Assembly (NCBI RefSeq): GCF_963921235.1
Contig: NC_086097.1
Coordinates: 177,322,001-177,386,000 of the forward strand
Direction of reading: 5' to 3'
Length of the DNA stretch: 64,000 nt
Origin: Mobula hypostoma
Taxonomy: Eukaryota
Part shown: positions 51,799 through 64,000 of the stretch, piece after piece
Layout: every line of letters begins with the position of its first letter
How positions within the stretch are numbered: the stretch's first letter is position 1
Notes under the pieces: model-generated
Database searches by the model: none
What the model was told of the DNA's origin: nothing
The model's input: the letters and a program-made list of their open reading frames with translations, nothing else
Position numbers and translations under genes: made by a program

Positions 51799-52702
51799 CA
51801 TGACACGACAATTGTAGGCCGTATCTCGGGTAATGATGAGTTTGAGTACAGAGAGGAAATTAAGAACCTGGTGGCATGGTGCGAAGACAATAACATATCC
51901 CTCAACGTCAGCAAGGCGAAGGAATTGGTTGTTGACTTCAGAAGGAGTAGCGGACCGCACGACCCCATTTACATCAGTGGTGTACAAGTGGAACAGGTCA
52001 AAAGCTTTAAGTTCCTCGGGGTCAATATCACAAATGACCTGACTTGGTCCAACCAAGCAGAGTTCACTGCCAAGAAGGCCCACCAGCGCCTTTACTTCCT
52101 GAGAAAACTAAAGAAATTTGGCCTGTCCCCTAAAACCCTCACTAATTTTTATAGATGCACTGTAGAAAGCATTCTTCTAGGGTGCATCACAACCTGGTAT
52201 GGAAGCTGTCCTGTCCAAGACCGAAAGAAGCTGCAGAAGATCGTGAACACGGCACAGCACATCACACAAACCAATCTTCCGTCCTTGGACTCACTTTACA
52301 CTGCACGCTGTCGGACCAGTGCTGCCAGGATAATCAAGGACACGACCCACCCAGCCAACACACTTTTTGTCCTCTTCCCTCCGGGAGAAGGCTCAGAAGC
52401 TTGAAGACTCGTACAGCCAGATTTGGGAACAGCTTCTTTCCAACTGTGATAAGACTGCTGAACGGATCCTGACCGGGATCTGGGCCATACCCTCCAAATA
52501 TCCGGACCTGCCTCTCAGTTTTTTTGCACTACCTTACTTTCCAGTTTTCTATTTTCTATTTATGATTTATAACTTAAATTTTTAATATTTACTATCGATT
52601 TGTAATTCAGGGAGCGGGAAGCGCAGAATCAAATATCGCTGTGATGATTATACGTTCTAGTATCAATTGTTTGGCGACAATAAAGTAATAAAGTATAAAG
52701 TA
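51799..52702 (+). mobile_element. Young 5'-truncated Rex1/Babar LINE (same family as 9063-10104) with 9-bp TSD, inside an old CR1 (51600-51798 and 52703-53290)
   Basis: RT ORF 51871..52404, with a frameshift near 52370. (AAGTATA)n tail. TAATTCACA at 51790-51798 and 52703-52711. Confidence 0.93.
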
Positions 52703-53641
52703 TAATTCACAAGTTGAGTTGGAAGTGAGGAAGACAAATACAATGTCAGCATTCATTTCCAGAGGACTAGAATATAAATGCTGGGGCTTTGTAAGGTGTG
52801 GGTCAGACCCTATTTGGAACAATATGAACAATTTTGGGCCTCATTTCTAAGGAAAGATGTCCTGGCATTGGAAAAAGTCTAGCGGAGGTTTACGACAATG
52901 ATCCCAGGAATGAAGGGATTAGTGAATGAGAAGCTTTAGATGTCCCTGGGCCTGTACTTGCTGGAGATTAGCAGGATGAAGGGAATCTCCTTGAAATCTA
53001 ATTATTACTGAAAGCCTAGAAAGACTGGGCATGAGAGGATAGTCTAGGATGAGAGGGCACAGCCTCAGAATAAAGGGATGCCCCTGTATGACTGAGATGG
53101 TGAGGAGTGGAGGCCAATTCATTAGTATTTTTAAAACAGAGGTTGATAGATTCTTTATTAATAAGGGTTTCAAAGATTATGGAGAAGGCAGGAGAATGGG
53201 GTCAAGAGTGAAAATAAATCAGCCATGAATAAATGGCGAAGCACACTCAATCAACGGGCCATATGGCCTAATTCTTTTCCTATGTCTTATGGATAGATGA
53301 ATAGGTTGTTGATCGGTAACGGGATTAAGAGTTATTGGGAGAAGGTAATTGAGAAAAAGCAAGGTCAGACATGATCAAAAGGCAGAGAAGGTTCAATGAG
53401 CTGTATGGTCTAATAAGGCTCCTGTATCTTATGATCCTGCGGAGTCTACACTGACCATCAACAATCCAGTTGCACTAATCTGACACTAATTCTGTTTCAT
53501 TCCTTCCACATTAACAATCAGAAACAGGTTTTACTATCACTGACATATGTATTGAATTTTGTAGCTTTGCAGCGATAGTACAGTGTAGAGATGTATAAAT
53601 TAGAATAAGTTACATAAATAAATAAATAGTGCAAAAGACAA

Positions 53642-54590
53642 ATAAGACCATAAGCCACAGAAGAAGAATTAGGCCATTCAGCCCATCAAGTCTGCTCCAC
53701 CATTTCATTATGGCTGGTCCGGGATCCCACTCAACCCCATACAACTGCCTTCTTGCCATAGCCTTTGATGTCCTGACCAATCAGGAAACAATCAACTTCC
53801 ACCTTCAATATACCCATGGACTTGTCCTCCACGGCAGTCTGTGGCAGAGCATTTCACAGATTCACTACTCTCTGGCTAAAAACATTCCTCCTCACCTCTG
53901 TTCTAAAGGGTAGCCTCTTAATTTTGAGGCTGTGCCCTCCAGTTCTGGTTACCCCCATGATAGGAAACATCCTCTCCACATCCATCCTATCTAGTCCTTT
54001 CAATATCCCTTCTCCTGCCTGTCCCTGTCATCTTTGATACCCTTACAAATCAAGAACCTACCAACCTCTGCTTTTAGTATATCCAATGACTTGGCCTCCA
54101 CAGCCATCTATGGCAATGAATTCCACAAACTCACTACCTTCTGGCTAAAGAAATTCCTGTCATAACTGATCGAAAGGGGTGTCCATCCATTCTGAATTTG
54201 TCCCCACTGCTCCTAGACTCCCCCACTATAGGAAACAACCTCTCCACATCCACTCTATCTAGGCTTTTCAATATTCGATAGATTTCAATGAGCTACCCCC
54301 TTATTCTTCAAAACTCCAGCGCTATCAAACGCTCTGTATGCATTAACCCTTTCATTCCTGGAATCATTCATGTGAACCTCATCTGGACCTTTCTCCAATG
54401 CCAGCACATTATTTCTGGATAAGGGGCCCAAAACTGCTCTCAATATTCCAAGTGCGGTCTGACCAATGCCTTATAAAGCCTCAGCATCACATCCTCGCTC
54501 TTACATTCTAGTCTTCTCAAAATGAATGCTAACATTACATTTGCCTTCCTTACCACTGACTCAGATTGCAAGTTAACCTTTAGAGAATAC
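53642..54590 (-). mobile_element. Two CR1 3' fragments in tandem
   Basis: Reverse CR1 3' UTR (ATAAGACCATAAG tail), with the TTCACAGATTCACTAC..TGGCTAAA..ATTCCT motif present twice. Confidence 0.8.
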
Positions 54591-54767
54591 CGCACATGCT
54601 GAATCTCTGCTGACTCCTGAGGAAATAGAGGTGTGATTGTGCTTTCTTCACAATTATGTTTATATGATGGGTCCAGGACAGGTCCTCTGAGATAGTGACA
54701 CCCAGAAATATAGAATTACTGAACCTCTCCATCTCTGATCCTCTGATGATTACAGGCTTACGGATCT

Positions 54768-55860
54768 GAAAATTGGCTGGCTGACAGAAAACAAAGAGTA
54801 GCGATTAACGGGGCCCTTTCGGAATGGCAGGCAGTGACCAGTGGGGTACCGCAGGGTTCAGTGCTGGGACCACAGCTGTTTACAATATATATTAATGATT
54901 TAGATGGGGGAATTAAAAGTAACATCAGCAAATTTGCCAATGACACAAAGCAGGGTGGCAGTGTGAAATGTGAGGAGGATGTTATGAGAATGCAGGGTGA
55001 CTTGGACAGGCTGAGTGAGTGGGCAGATGCATGGCAGATGCAGTTTAATGTGGATAAATGTGAGGTTATCCACTTTGGTGGTAAGAACAGGAAGGCAGAT
55101 TATTATCTAAATAGAGTCAAGTTAGGAAAAGGGGAAGCACAATGAGATCTAGATGTACATCAGCCACTGAAAGCAAGCATGCAAGTACAGCAGGCTGTGA
55201 AGAAAGCTAATGGCATGCTGGCCTTCATAACAAGGGGAATTGAGTATAAGAGCAAAGAGGTCCTTCTGCAGCTGTACAGGGCCCTGGTGAGACCACACCT
55301 GGAGTATTGTGTGCAGTTTTGGTCTCCAAATTTGAGGAAGGACGTTCTTGCTATTGAGGGAGTGCAGCGTAGGTTCACAAAGTTAATTCCCGGGATGGTG
55401 GGACTGTCATATGTCGAAAGATTGGAGCGACTGGGCTTGTATACTCTGGAATTTAGAAGGCTGAGAGGGGATCTTATTGAAACATATAAGATTATTAAGG
55501 GATTGGACACGCTGGAGGCGGGAAGCATGTTCCCGCTGATGGGTGAGTCCAGAACCAGAGGCCACAGTTTAAAAATTAGGGGTAGGCCATTTAGAACGGA
55601 GTTGAGGAAAAACTTTTTCACCCAGAGAGTGGTGGGTATATGGAATGCTCTGCCCCAGAGCGCTGTGGAAGCCAAGTCTCTGGAAGCTTTCAAAAAAGAG
55701 ATGGATAGAGCTCTTAAAGATAGCGGAATCAGAGGTTATGGGGATAAGGCAGGAACTGGATACTGATTGTGGATGATCAGCCATGATCACAGTGAATGGA
55801 GGTGCTGGCTCAAAGGGCCGAATGGCCTACTCCTGCACCTATTGTCTATTGTCTATTGTC
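54768..55860 (+). mobile_element. 5'-truncated CR1 LINE (same subfamily as 46826-48656), inserted in a minus-strand Rex1/Babar copy (54610-54765 and 55865-56965)
   Basis: ORFs 54834..55145 and 55179..55766 encode CR1 RT. Same (CTATTGT)n tail and near-identical 3' UTR. Confidence 0.94.
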
Positions 55861-57061
55861 CATTATCTCTAGTTTCCCCCTCCTGAAGTCTACAATCAGC
55901 TCTTCGGTCTTATTGACACTGAGTGAGAGGTTGTTGTTATTACAGCACTCAGCCAAACGTTCAGTTTTCCTCCTGTCTGCTGATTCATCACCTCCTTTGA
56001 TACAGCCCTCGACAATGGTGCCATCAACAAATTTGTATCTGGTGTTGGAGCTGTACTTAGCCTCACAGTCATAGATATAAAGCAAGTAGAGCAGGGGGCT
56101 AAGTACACATCCCTGCGGTGTTCCTGTGCTGATCGAGATTGAGATGAAAATATTTTTGCCAATCCAAATTGACTGGGGTCTACAGGTGAGGAAATCCAGG
56201 ATCTAACTGCACAAGGGGATATTGAGGCCCAGGTCTTGAAGTTTACTGGTTAGTTTTGAGGGGATGTTGGTATTAAATGCCAAGCTGTAATTGATAAAGA
56301 GCATCCTGTTGTATGCACCTTTGTTGTCTGGATGTGAAGAATCAATGAGATAGCACCTGCTGTAGACCTGCTGGTTCGGTAGGCAAATTGGAGCGGATCC
56401 AAGTTGCCACTCAGACAGGAGCAGATATTCTCCAACACCAGCCTCTCAAAACACTCCATCACTATGGATGTAAGTGTCACTGGGCAATAACCATTTAGAC
56501 AGGTTACCATGCCCTTCTTGGGCACCAGTACGAATGAAGCCTGTTTGGAGCAGGTGGATATCACATGCTACCGTGGCAAGAGGTTGAAGATATCCATGAA
56601 TACACCAGCCAGTTGGTCTGCACAGGTCTTCAGTACTCGGCCAGGTACTCTGTCTGGACTGGATGCTTTCCTTGGAGTCACTGTCTTGAAGGCAGCCCAC
56701 ACATCATCTTCAGACATTGGGAGGCATGGGATGTGCAATGGTACCTCCCTGTTCTGGTGATCAAAGTGAGCCTAAGAGGCATTGAGCTCATATGGAAGTG
56801 AAGCTCTTCTGTCCTCTATGTCACAAGATTCAACGTTGTAGGAGTTTATGACACCCAAGCCCTGCCACTGCTGTTGAACATCCCTCACTGATTTCAGTCT
56901 TGTCCAGAATCTGCACTTCGCTCGAGAGATGGCTTTCTGGAGATTACACCTGCACCTCTTGCAGCATTTTTGGTGGGAACAATGGGAAGAGGGGACCCAG
57001 TAGGGGGAGTGTGTGGGTGGTGAGCAGATGGAGTGGGTGGAGGATGGGAAAGAAACATGAA

Positions 57062-60000
57062 GCATAACGCAAACTGCTGAAGGAACTCAACAGGTCAGGC
57101 AGCATCTATGGAAGGAAATGGACAGTCAATATATTAGAGATTCAAAATGTTGACTGTCCATTTCTCCCCACTGAATTCCTCCAGCAGTTTCACTTTCTGC
57201 TTCAGACTCTAGCACCTGCTGTCTTTTGTATCTCAGTAAGAAACCTGAAGCCTTTCTCAACAGAATCTCTCTCTCTTGCCCCATTCCTCATGCCAATGCT
57301 CATGAATTGAACACTGTTTCTCCTGCTCCACTTTCTGAACCATACATTTCCTAATTTGCAGCGGTTTAGGTAGCCACTGTGGTTCTGGTTTTAAATATAT
57401 TTTATTTTTATTTAGAGATACAGTGCCCTTTGGGACTTTTGAACCACACCACCCCAGCAACCCTCAACAACGCTGATTTAACGCTAACCTAATCATGGGA
57501 CAATTTACAGTAGGTCTTTCACTGTGGGAAGAAACTGGAGCACTTGGGGGAAACCCATGCATTCCACGGGGAGCACATACAGAGACTCCATACAGAGGAT
57601 GCTGGGATTGAACTCCATACTCTGGTGTCCTGAGCTGTTATAGCATTGGGCTAACCTCTACGCTACCATGGTGCCCTTACTTTGGACCCTGGCTGCACAT
57701 AATCCTTCAGCAGAAGTTTTTTCATTCCTGTCCGTGTAATTGGTTCCAAGATGGACCCTTCCCATCTCACTCCAAGTTCCTCTCCAGCCCTGGGAACCCA
57801 GCCTTCTGCACTTGGATTTGCAGAGTATCATAACCATAGAGTCATACAGCATGGAAAAGGCCCTTCGGTCATTCATGCTGACCAAGTTGCCTACTTGTCT
57901 TACAGTCTGCTGGAGGAACTCAGCGGGTTGAGCAGCATCTCAGGAATTGCTCATGTTTCAGGTTGAAACCCTGGAACAGGACTGCTCTCCTGTCTGGCAT
58001 CTTCTGTATACCTGAGCTGGCATTGGATACTTTGGGGAGGAGATGTGCTAGCATTGGAAAGGATCCAGAGAGCGTTTATGAGAATGATCCTGGGAATGAA
58101 ATAATTAATAGCTGAGGAGCATTTGATGGCTTTGGGCCTGTTGCTGCAGCTTAGAACAATGAGTGGGAGTGGGTGGATCTCACTGAAACCTATCAAATGT
58201 TGAAAGGCTTCAATATTGAATGCTTCCAATAGTGGGACAGTCTGGGATGAAAGGGCACAGCCTCAGGATAGAAGCAAGGCCCTTTTGAACAGAGATGAGG
58301 AGGAATTTCTTAAGCCAGAGTGTGGTGAATGTGTGGAATTCACTGTCATTGACAGCTGTGAAGGCCAAGTCCTTGGGTACATTTAAAGCAGAGGATGATA
58401 GATTCTTGATTAGTAAGGATATCAAAGACTATGAGGAGAAGGCAGGAAATGGATTGAGCGGGAAAGTTAGTCAGCCACGATTGAATGGCAGAGCAGACTC
58501 AATGGGCCAAGTAGCCTAATTCTGCTCCTATGTCTTATGATCATATGGTCTCGTCACATTTGCCTGCATTTGGCCCTTATCCCTCTAAGTCTTTCCTTTC
58601 CATATATCTGCCCAATGTCTGTTAAATATTGTTAGTGTACCCATCTCTATCACTTCCTCTGGCAGCTTGCTCCACATATCCACCATCCTCCACCCTCCTA
58701 ACAGTACTGGACTCTCGAGCACCACATTCCTGAATGGGCCTCTGCATTGCGTCAGTTTGCTCTTCACCTTGCAGTCTCTGCTCACGTCCTCATAAACTGC
58801 AAGAACCTTGAGCCCATGGGGTCAGTGCGTGCACGAACAACACTAACCCATACTGGGCTCACTCATAGAGATGCCCTACTGAAGGGAGAAGGGTAGAAAG
58901 GCTGCGGGGAAGGAAGGGGGAAGAGGGAAAGATAGGAATGCAAAGGGAGGGAGAGGACAGTAAAAATGGGGAGGGGAGGATAGGCGGGGAAAGGTTCAAG
59001 AGAAGAAGGGGTAGGAGAAGAAAGAAGAGTAGCGAGCACATGTTTAAGGTAAGAGGTTTAGAGAGGATATCAGGAAGAATACTTTCACTTCAAGAACACT
59101 TGAAATACAATGCCTTTGAAGATGGTGGAGGCAGTCAACATCTAGATGCATCTGGAGCTGATTATTGACTACAGGTGGAAAAACCCAGAGCTCCATGAGC
59201 CAGTCCTCATTGGAGGATCACAGATGGAGACGGTCAGGAGTTTTAATTCCTTTGGCATTATCATATCACAGGATCTGTCCTGGGACCAGCATGTAAGTGT
59301 CTCTGCTTTCTTAGAAGTTTGTATAAATTCAGCATGTCACTAAAATCTTTGACAAACTTTGATAGATACACAGTGGAGAGTATATTAACTGTTTACATCA
59401 CAGCCTGAGATGGACACACCAATGAAAAAGGCTACAGACAGTGTGGAGGTATGGAAGCCTTAGGACCCACACCACCAGGTGCAGAAACAGCTTGTACCCT
59501 ATAAGCATCAAGTTCCTGAACTGGCATGGATATCTTCAATCACTACTACCCTGAAACGATTCCACAACCTACAGACTCACTCTGAAGGATTCTTTACAAC
59601 TCATGCTCCCAGTGTTACTTTATGGGGAGAAGGCAGAAAGAAGAAGGGGCTGGGAAAGTAAATAAATCAGCCATGATTGAAAGAGTTCAGACTCATTTGG
59701 CCAAATGCCCTAACTGCTTCTATACCTTATGATCTTCAGATCTTGGCTTCCTTGTACACTGGCTGTTCAAAGTTTAGAGTTCAAAGTTCATCAGTCTTTG
59801 CCTGTTATGTACAGATTTTTGTAAAAATTTACTGCACTTCTTTGTCCTGTAACTGCCTGCTAGAAAATGAATCTCAGAGTAGTATATGGTAACATAGATG
59901 TACATACTTTGATAATAAATTTATTTTGAACTCTGATCTAAGCAGTATCTGCATGAGGCAGAGAAGGTTTCAGAACAAATGCTAGCAAAGAGCATTGGCA

Positions 60001-60312
60001 TAGATGGGTGAGGCATAGCAAGAATGGGCTGAAGGGTCGGTTTCTCTGCTGTATGAATCTGTCCCTTTAAGGTGCATGGAGGGGAATTAAAGGGCACCTG
60101 AGGGACAATTCCTTCTCACACAGGTGGTGGGTGTATGAAATGTGCTGCCGGAGGAAGTAGTTGAGGCATGTACAACATCAACATTTAAAAAACACTTGGA
60201 AAGGTACATGGATAGAAAAGGTTTGGAGTGATATGGGACAAACAGAGCTTAGATGAGAATCTTGGTCAGCGTGAAATGGTTGGGGCTGTTTGTGTTATGT
60301 ATGACTCACTGA
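57062..60312. mobile_element. Mosaic of old fragments: Penelope-like ends (57062-57230, 57905-57985), V-SINE (57395-57675-), CR1 (58015-58545+, 58555-58690-, 60065-60312+), Rex1/Babar (59155-59610+)
   Basis: TGCTGGAGGAACTCAGC..GCAGCATCT termini, a reverse V-domain, and RRNFLSQSVVNVWNSL and ELIIDYR motifs. Confidence 0.68.
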
Positions 60313-60314
60313 CT

Positions 60315-62520
60315 CTGGGAGGGGGAGGAGACGAGGCGTGGAGGTGGGAGACAGAGAGGAGGAGGAGAGGAGGCTGAGGAGAATTGACATGGGAAGGGTA
60401 TTGGTGAGGGAAACGAAGAAGGAGGAGGGTTTGGAAAGAGGGGTTGAGGGGAGAGAGGAGAAGAGGGCAGGAGGAAGGAGTAAAGAAAAATGAGGGAAGG
60501 CAGAGGAAAATGAGGATGAAGAGAGTGGGAAACACAGAAGGAGAGGGGAGGGTAGGGCAGAGGGCTGGGAGAAGAGGTAGTGCACCAGAGGGGAGGTAGG
60601 TGAAGTGGTTGCGTACAAGACGAAACAGAGGGAAAAGATAGGATTGTCAGAGGAGGGGGAGTGAGGAGGGTAGAGGGGGTACTAGAGGGCAAGGAAGGAG
60701 CTGGAAGGGGTAAGGTAGGGTGTGGGAGGGCAGTAGATGGGAAGGAAGGATTGGGGAGATGGGATAGAATTGTTAAGGAGGAGCAATACGAAGGCAAGAT
60801 TGCAGGAAGGGAGATAATTGAGGAAAGGGGAGGAGACAGCTTGAGATGAGCTGAGAATAGGAAGGAGAATGGAAGGGAAAGTTGGGGAGGGGTGGTCAAG
60901 GAGGGCAGGGGGACAGGAAAGGAGTTAGAGGAAGAGGATAGTTGGATAGGGAGGGATGGTTGCAAAAAGTGTGAGAAAAAGAGGAATGGATACAAAGAAT
61001 AGATGGGGATAGGAAAGGGGGAGGACATGGAGGGAGAGAGGACGTGGAGGGAAAGGGAGGGCAAAAGTATGTGGTGGGTGAGGAAGGGGCAGACTATTGG
61101 TACATGGGTAGATAATAATGATGTGCGAGGAGAGGAACAGGCAGTGGGGTTGGGGCAAAGGTAGCAGAAGGGTCAGAGAGTGGGATTGGGGTGGGAGAGA
61201 GTGGGATTAGGTGGGGGACAGGTAAGGGAGGAATACTTGCCTCTTCTCCCTAACTCACTGTTACATCCTCCCTTACCTCTCCCCCACCCAATCCCACTCC
61301 TCCACCCCACTCTCTTCCTCCCTCTGACACCAATCCCACACTCTCTTTCTCTCCAACCCCAAACTGACTCTCTCCCACCCCCATCCCTCTCTCTCCCTCC
61401 CTCCAACTCCACCTCCATCCCACACTCTCCCTCAGACCCCATCCCACACTCTCCCTTTCTCTGACCCCAATCTCTCTCCTACTCTGATCCCTCATTTTTG
61501 AGACCCTAATCCCACTCTCTTCTACCCCAATCCCAACTCACTCCAACCCCTCTAACTCCTCCCCTATATGGGGAGGAGGGGGAAGGGGAGGACAGATGGG
61601 GGAGGAAAGAGAGAAAGGATGAATAGAGGAGGAGGTGGAAAGGAGGGTTGAGTGGGAGGAAGAAAGGATGAGGTTAAGTTTGGGAAATGGGGAGGAAGTG
61701 GGAGGCTGGAGAGGATGGTTCAGTGGGGGGTCATGGAGAAGGGAGGGAGAGGAGGGGGAGGGGAATGGAAGGAGGGAGAGGGAAAGGGAAAGAGTGGAAG
61801 GAGGGAGGGGGAAAGGGAAAGAGTGGAAGGAGGGAGATGGGGAGGAGGGGAGAGGTGGCTAAGAGGGTATAATATCGAGTATGGGTAATGATGAGGCAAT
61901 GGTGAAGTGGTTGTTTAGGAGGGGCAGGGCTGAGGAACGGAGGAAGGGATGGGGAAAGACACCAAGAAGTGGAATGTAATGTAGGAGGTGGGGAGAAGGT
62001 GGGAATGGAGGGAGAGTGAAGGAGAAGGTGGAAGGTATGGATTTGATTTTGGGCAGTGGAAGGAGAGGGGGAACAGAGGGACGGAAAGGGGGAAGGTGGA
62101 GTAGCCGACATCAGAGGGTGTTGGATGGCGAGGGCTTCGGAGAAAGGGTAAGGGGGTGGAAGTAGGGGAGGGAAGAGTGAAGGGTGAGGTTGGACAGGGG
62201 AGGGCAGGATGGAAAGGATTATCGGAGAACGAAAGGGGGATTTTGGCTGGGTACCTGGATAGCGGTGGGAGAACTGGGGAGGAGTTACCAGCGGAGGGGT
62301 GAAGGGGTGTGATGTGGTGGGAGTGGCAAGGGATGGAGGGGGGGAGGGGCAGGAACAGAAACAATGAAAGAGGGTAGTCAGGTGGGAATGTGGAGGGAGG
62401 GCGAGGTAGCAGCAGGTAAGGGTTCACATTACTTAATTGGGGTAGGGCGTGATAGGGGCAGGGACAGAATGGGATGGGAATGGGTGGGAGGTGCGTTGTA
62501 GGGGTGGGAATTAGTGGGAG
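60315..62520. repeat. Long G/A-rich low-complexity tract with an internal C/T-rich patch (~61235-61565)
   Basis: Strong purine strand bias with many G3+ runs. The long Ser/Pro/Leu ORFs on the minus strand are compositional artefacts. Confidence 0.9.
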
Positions 62521-63000
62521 GGGCGTAGCTCCGCCTCTTGCGCCGCAGCCGAGCGGGGCTTGGGCACTCATTGAGTGAGAGCCGCTGGGAGCCGGAGCGC
62601 CGTTACTTTGTATCCAGCCGGAGCCAAGTGGCACTTTGTATCCAGTCATATCCCACTGATACTTTGTATTCGCCGCCGGGCTCCATTCTGTCTCCGTATC
62701 AGCATCGCTCTCTACATCGCTCCCTCTCCGCTCTCCCCTTTCCTCTCTCCGCCTCGCGGGCGGCGGGTCAGAGCCGGACAGCGACAGGGGGTGGGGGGCA
62801 ACCCCCGGAGCCCAGGAGTTCGAGGCCGGGTCAGAGGGAGAGAAGAGGCCCGAGTGGAGCGGAGCCGCCCCGCGGCCATGGTTCGCACAGAAGCGGCGGT
62901 GCTGCTGGCGGCTGTACTGTGGGTAAGTAGCACCTTCCCCGGCGCAGGTGCCTCGGAGCGGGGCGACTGAAGACAAGGAGGCGGGAGGGGTCTGATGGAA
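62490..63000 (+). promoter_or_regulatory. CpG island: promoter and 5' UTR of the downstream gene
   Basis: Abrupt CpG enrichment relative to the CpG-depleted window. GC-box-like GGGGCGT and CTCCGCC at ~62520-62537. CpG density stays elevated to the window end. Confidence 0.8.
62878..62922 (+). CDS. Probable first coding exon of a secreted or membrane protein (signal peptide start MVRTEAAVLLAAVLW); gene continues beyond the window
   Basis: Strong Kozak context GCGGCCATGG inside the CpG island, a hydrophobic h-region, and a consensus donor TGG|GTAAGT at 62923. A weaker alternative donor CAG|GTGCCT after 62947 would extend the peptide to ...VSSTFPGA(G). Confidence 0.72.
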
Positions 63001-64000
63001 GGGGGGGGAGAAGAGAGATAAAAAGAGTGATGGTGACTTGGGAGGGGAGAGGGTGGCAAGATCTGGATGGGGAGAGGAAGGGAAGGGGCGAGAGAACGAT
63101 GGACGGAGAGTAGGAGAAAGGGTGGAGAGGGAGGGAAGGGGTGAGAGGATAAGGGTGAGTGGGGAGAGGGAAGAGGAAGATGAGGGCAGAGGAAAGAGAA
63201 AGGAGAGGGGGATTGGGAAGGGACGAAGGAGGGGATGGATAAGGAACGAAGGATTGGACGAAGAGTGGAGAGACAAAGTGAGGGTGGGACATTCCCCAGT
63301 AGGTGAGGGAGACAAGTTACCAAGATACTGAGACAGAAACGGGGACAATCACTGAGTCGGGCGGAGGGTTTAACTGAGCACTGACCGAGAGAGTGAGACG
63401 GGAAGACTTCAACTGAGAGTAGAAGCAGGGTCTTGGGACACTGTCGAGGGAGGGATCGATCCCTAGCGCGCAGAGACAACAGCCGTGTTTTGTTTCCAGA
63501 GGGGATTAAAAGGACACATCTCCCGCGCCCCTTTTATTCCCCGTGTACCATCTGTATGTATAGTCCCACGATTTGCAGTTCGCTTTTTGCAAATCTTGGG
63601 ATTGTAAAGATATATAAATCTCAAGATTTGCACATCTCTTGTGTAAAGGAGAGGACTCACTTAAAGTTTCCGAAAAATGCACAATGTTCCGTGAATCGAA
63701 AGGGCTAGATTGCATAAAGACCTCACAGTCTTTCGTTTTTTTTGAGGGGGGGGGAGACACTTTGCACATTGAGAGACGGCGCAGTGTGAACGGATTTACG
63801 GCCCTGCATCGTCCCTGATTGCCAGCACCTTGCTTAAACCTCGGCGCTGGCTTTTCGCTGCATTAAACCTTCTAATGCAGTACAGTCTCATTTTCCAGCA
63901 GGTGACCCTGGAGGCGTCTAGAATATACATTTTTGGCGATTTGTACCCTGTCCCTACTGCGGCCCGCTCCCTTGGTTCTTAGCATGTTAGGAAGAAGCAG

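Noticed and set aside
62591..62672. CRISPR-like repeat-spacer reading of the 28-bp periodic motif
   Set aside because: Only three 9-13 bp cores, related spacers, no cas genes, and a vertebrate context.
62878..62947. Gene identity guesses (KDR/VEGFR2- or ACVR2-like signal peptide)
   Set aside because: The similarity is limited to generic hydrophobic residues in 15-24 aa, which is not enough to assign a symbol.
60266..63479. Long Pro/Ser/Leu-rich minus-strand ORFs (up to 477 aa) and Gly/Glu/Arg-rich plus-strand ORFs
   Set aside because: Compositional artefacts of polypurine/polypyrimidine tracts and the CpG island.

Overview
Eukaryotic, vertebrate-type genomic DNA, most likely from a cartilaginous fish (ray or shark), judged from the repeat inventory: V-SINEs, CR1 LINEs, Rex1/Babar LINEs and Penelope-like termini. 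This taxonomic call is an inference. The window is a transposon-saturated intergenic stretch ending in a CpG island (~62.5-63.0 kb) with a probable first coding exon of a signal-peptide protein on the + strand. Almost all long ORFs in the supplied track belong to mobile elements or to low-complexity sequence. Main elements: (1) a nearly intact RLE-type (HERO-like) non-LTR retrotransposon running off the left edge; (2) a Tc1 element very close to the salmonid Sleeping Beauty family in both its IR/DRs and its transposase, a horizontal-transfer candidate; (3) a full-length CR1 and a near full-length Rex1/Babar LINE; (4) Gypsy and endogenous-retrovirus remnants; (5) several hAT/Charlie elements with target-site duplications (TSDs); (6) short inverted Penelope-like insertions carrying a minimal hammerhead ribozyme motif; (7) a 96-bp inverted duplication abutting a MITE; (8) three ACTTTGTAT motifs at exact 28-bp spacing upstream of the candidate gene start. 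Family assignments come from recalled motifs, not database searches. Boundaries of old fragments are approximate. No prokaryotic-type system, such as a CRISPR array or operon, is supported.
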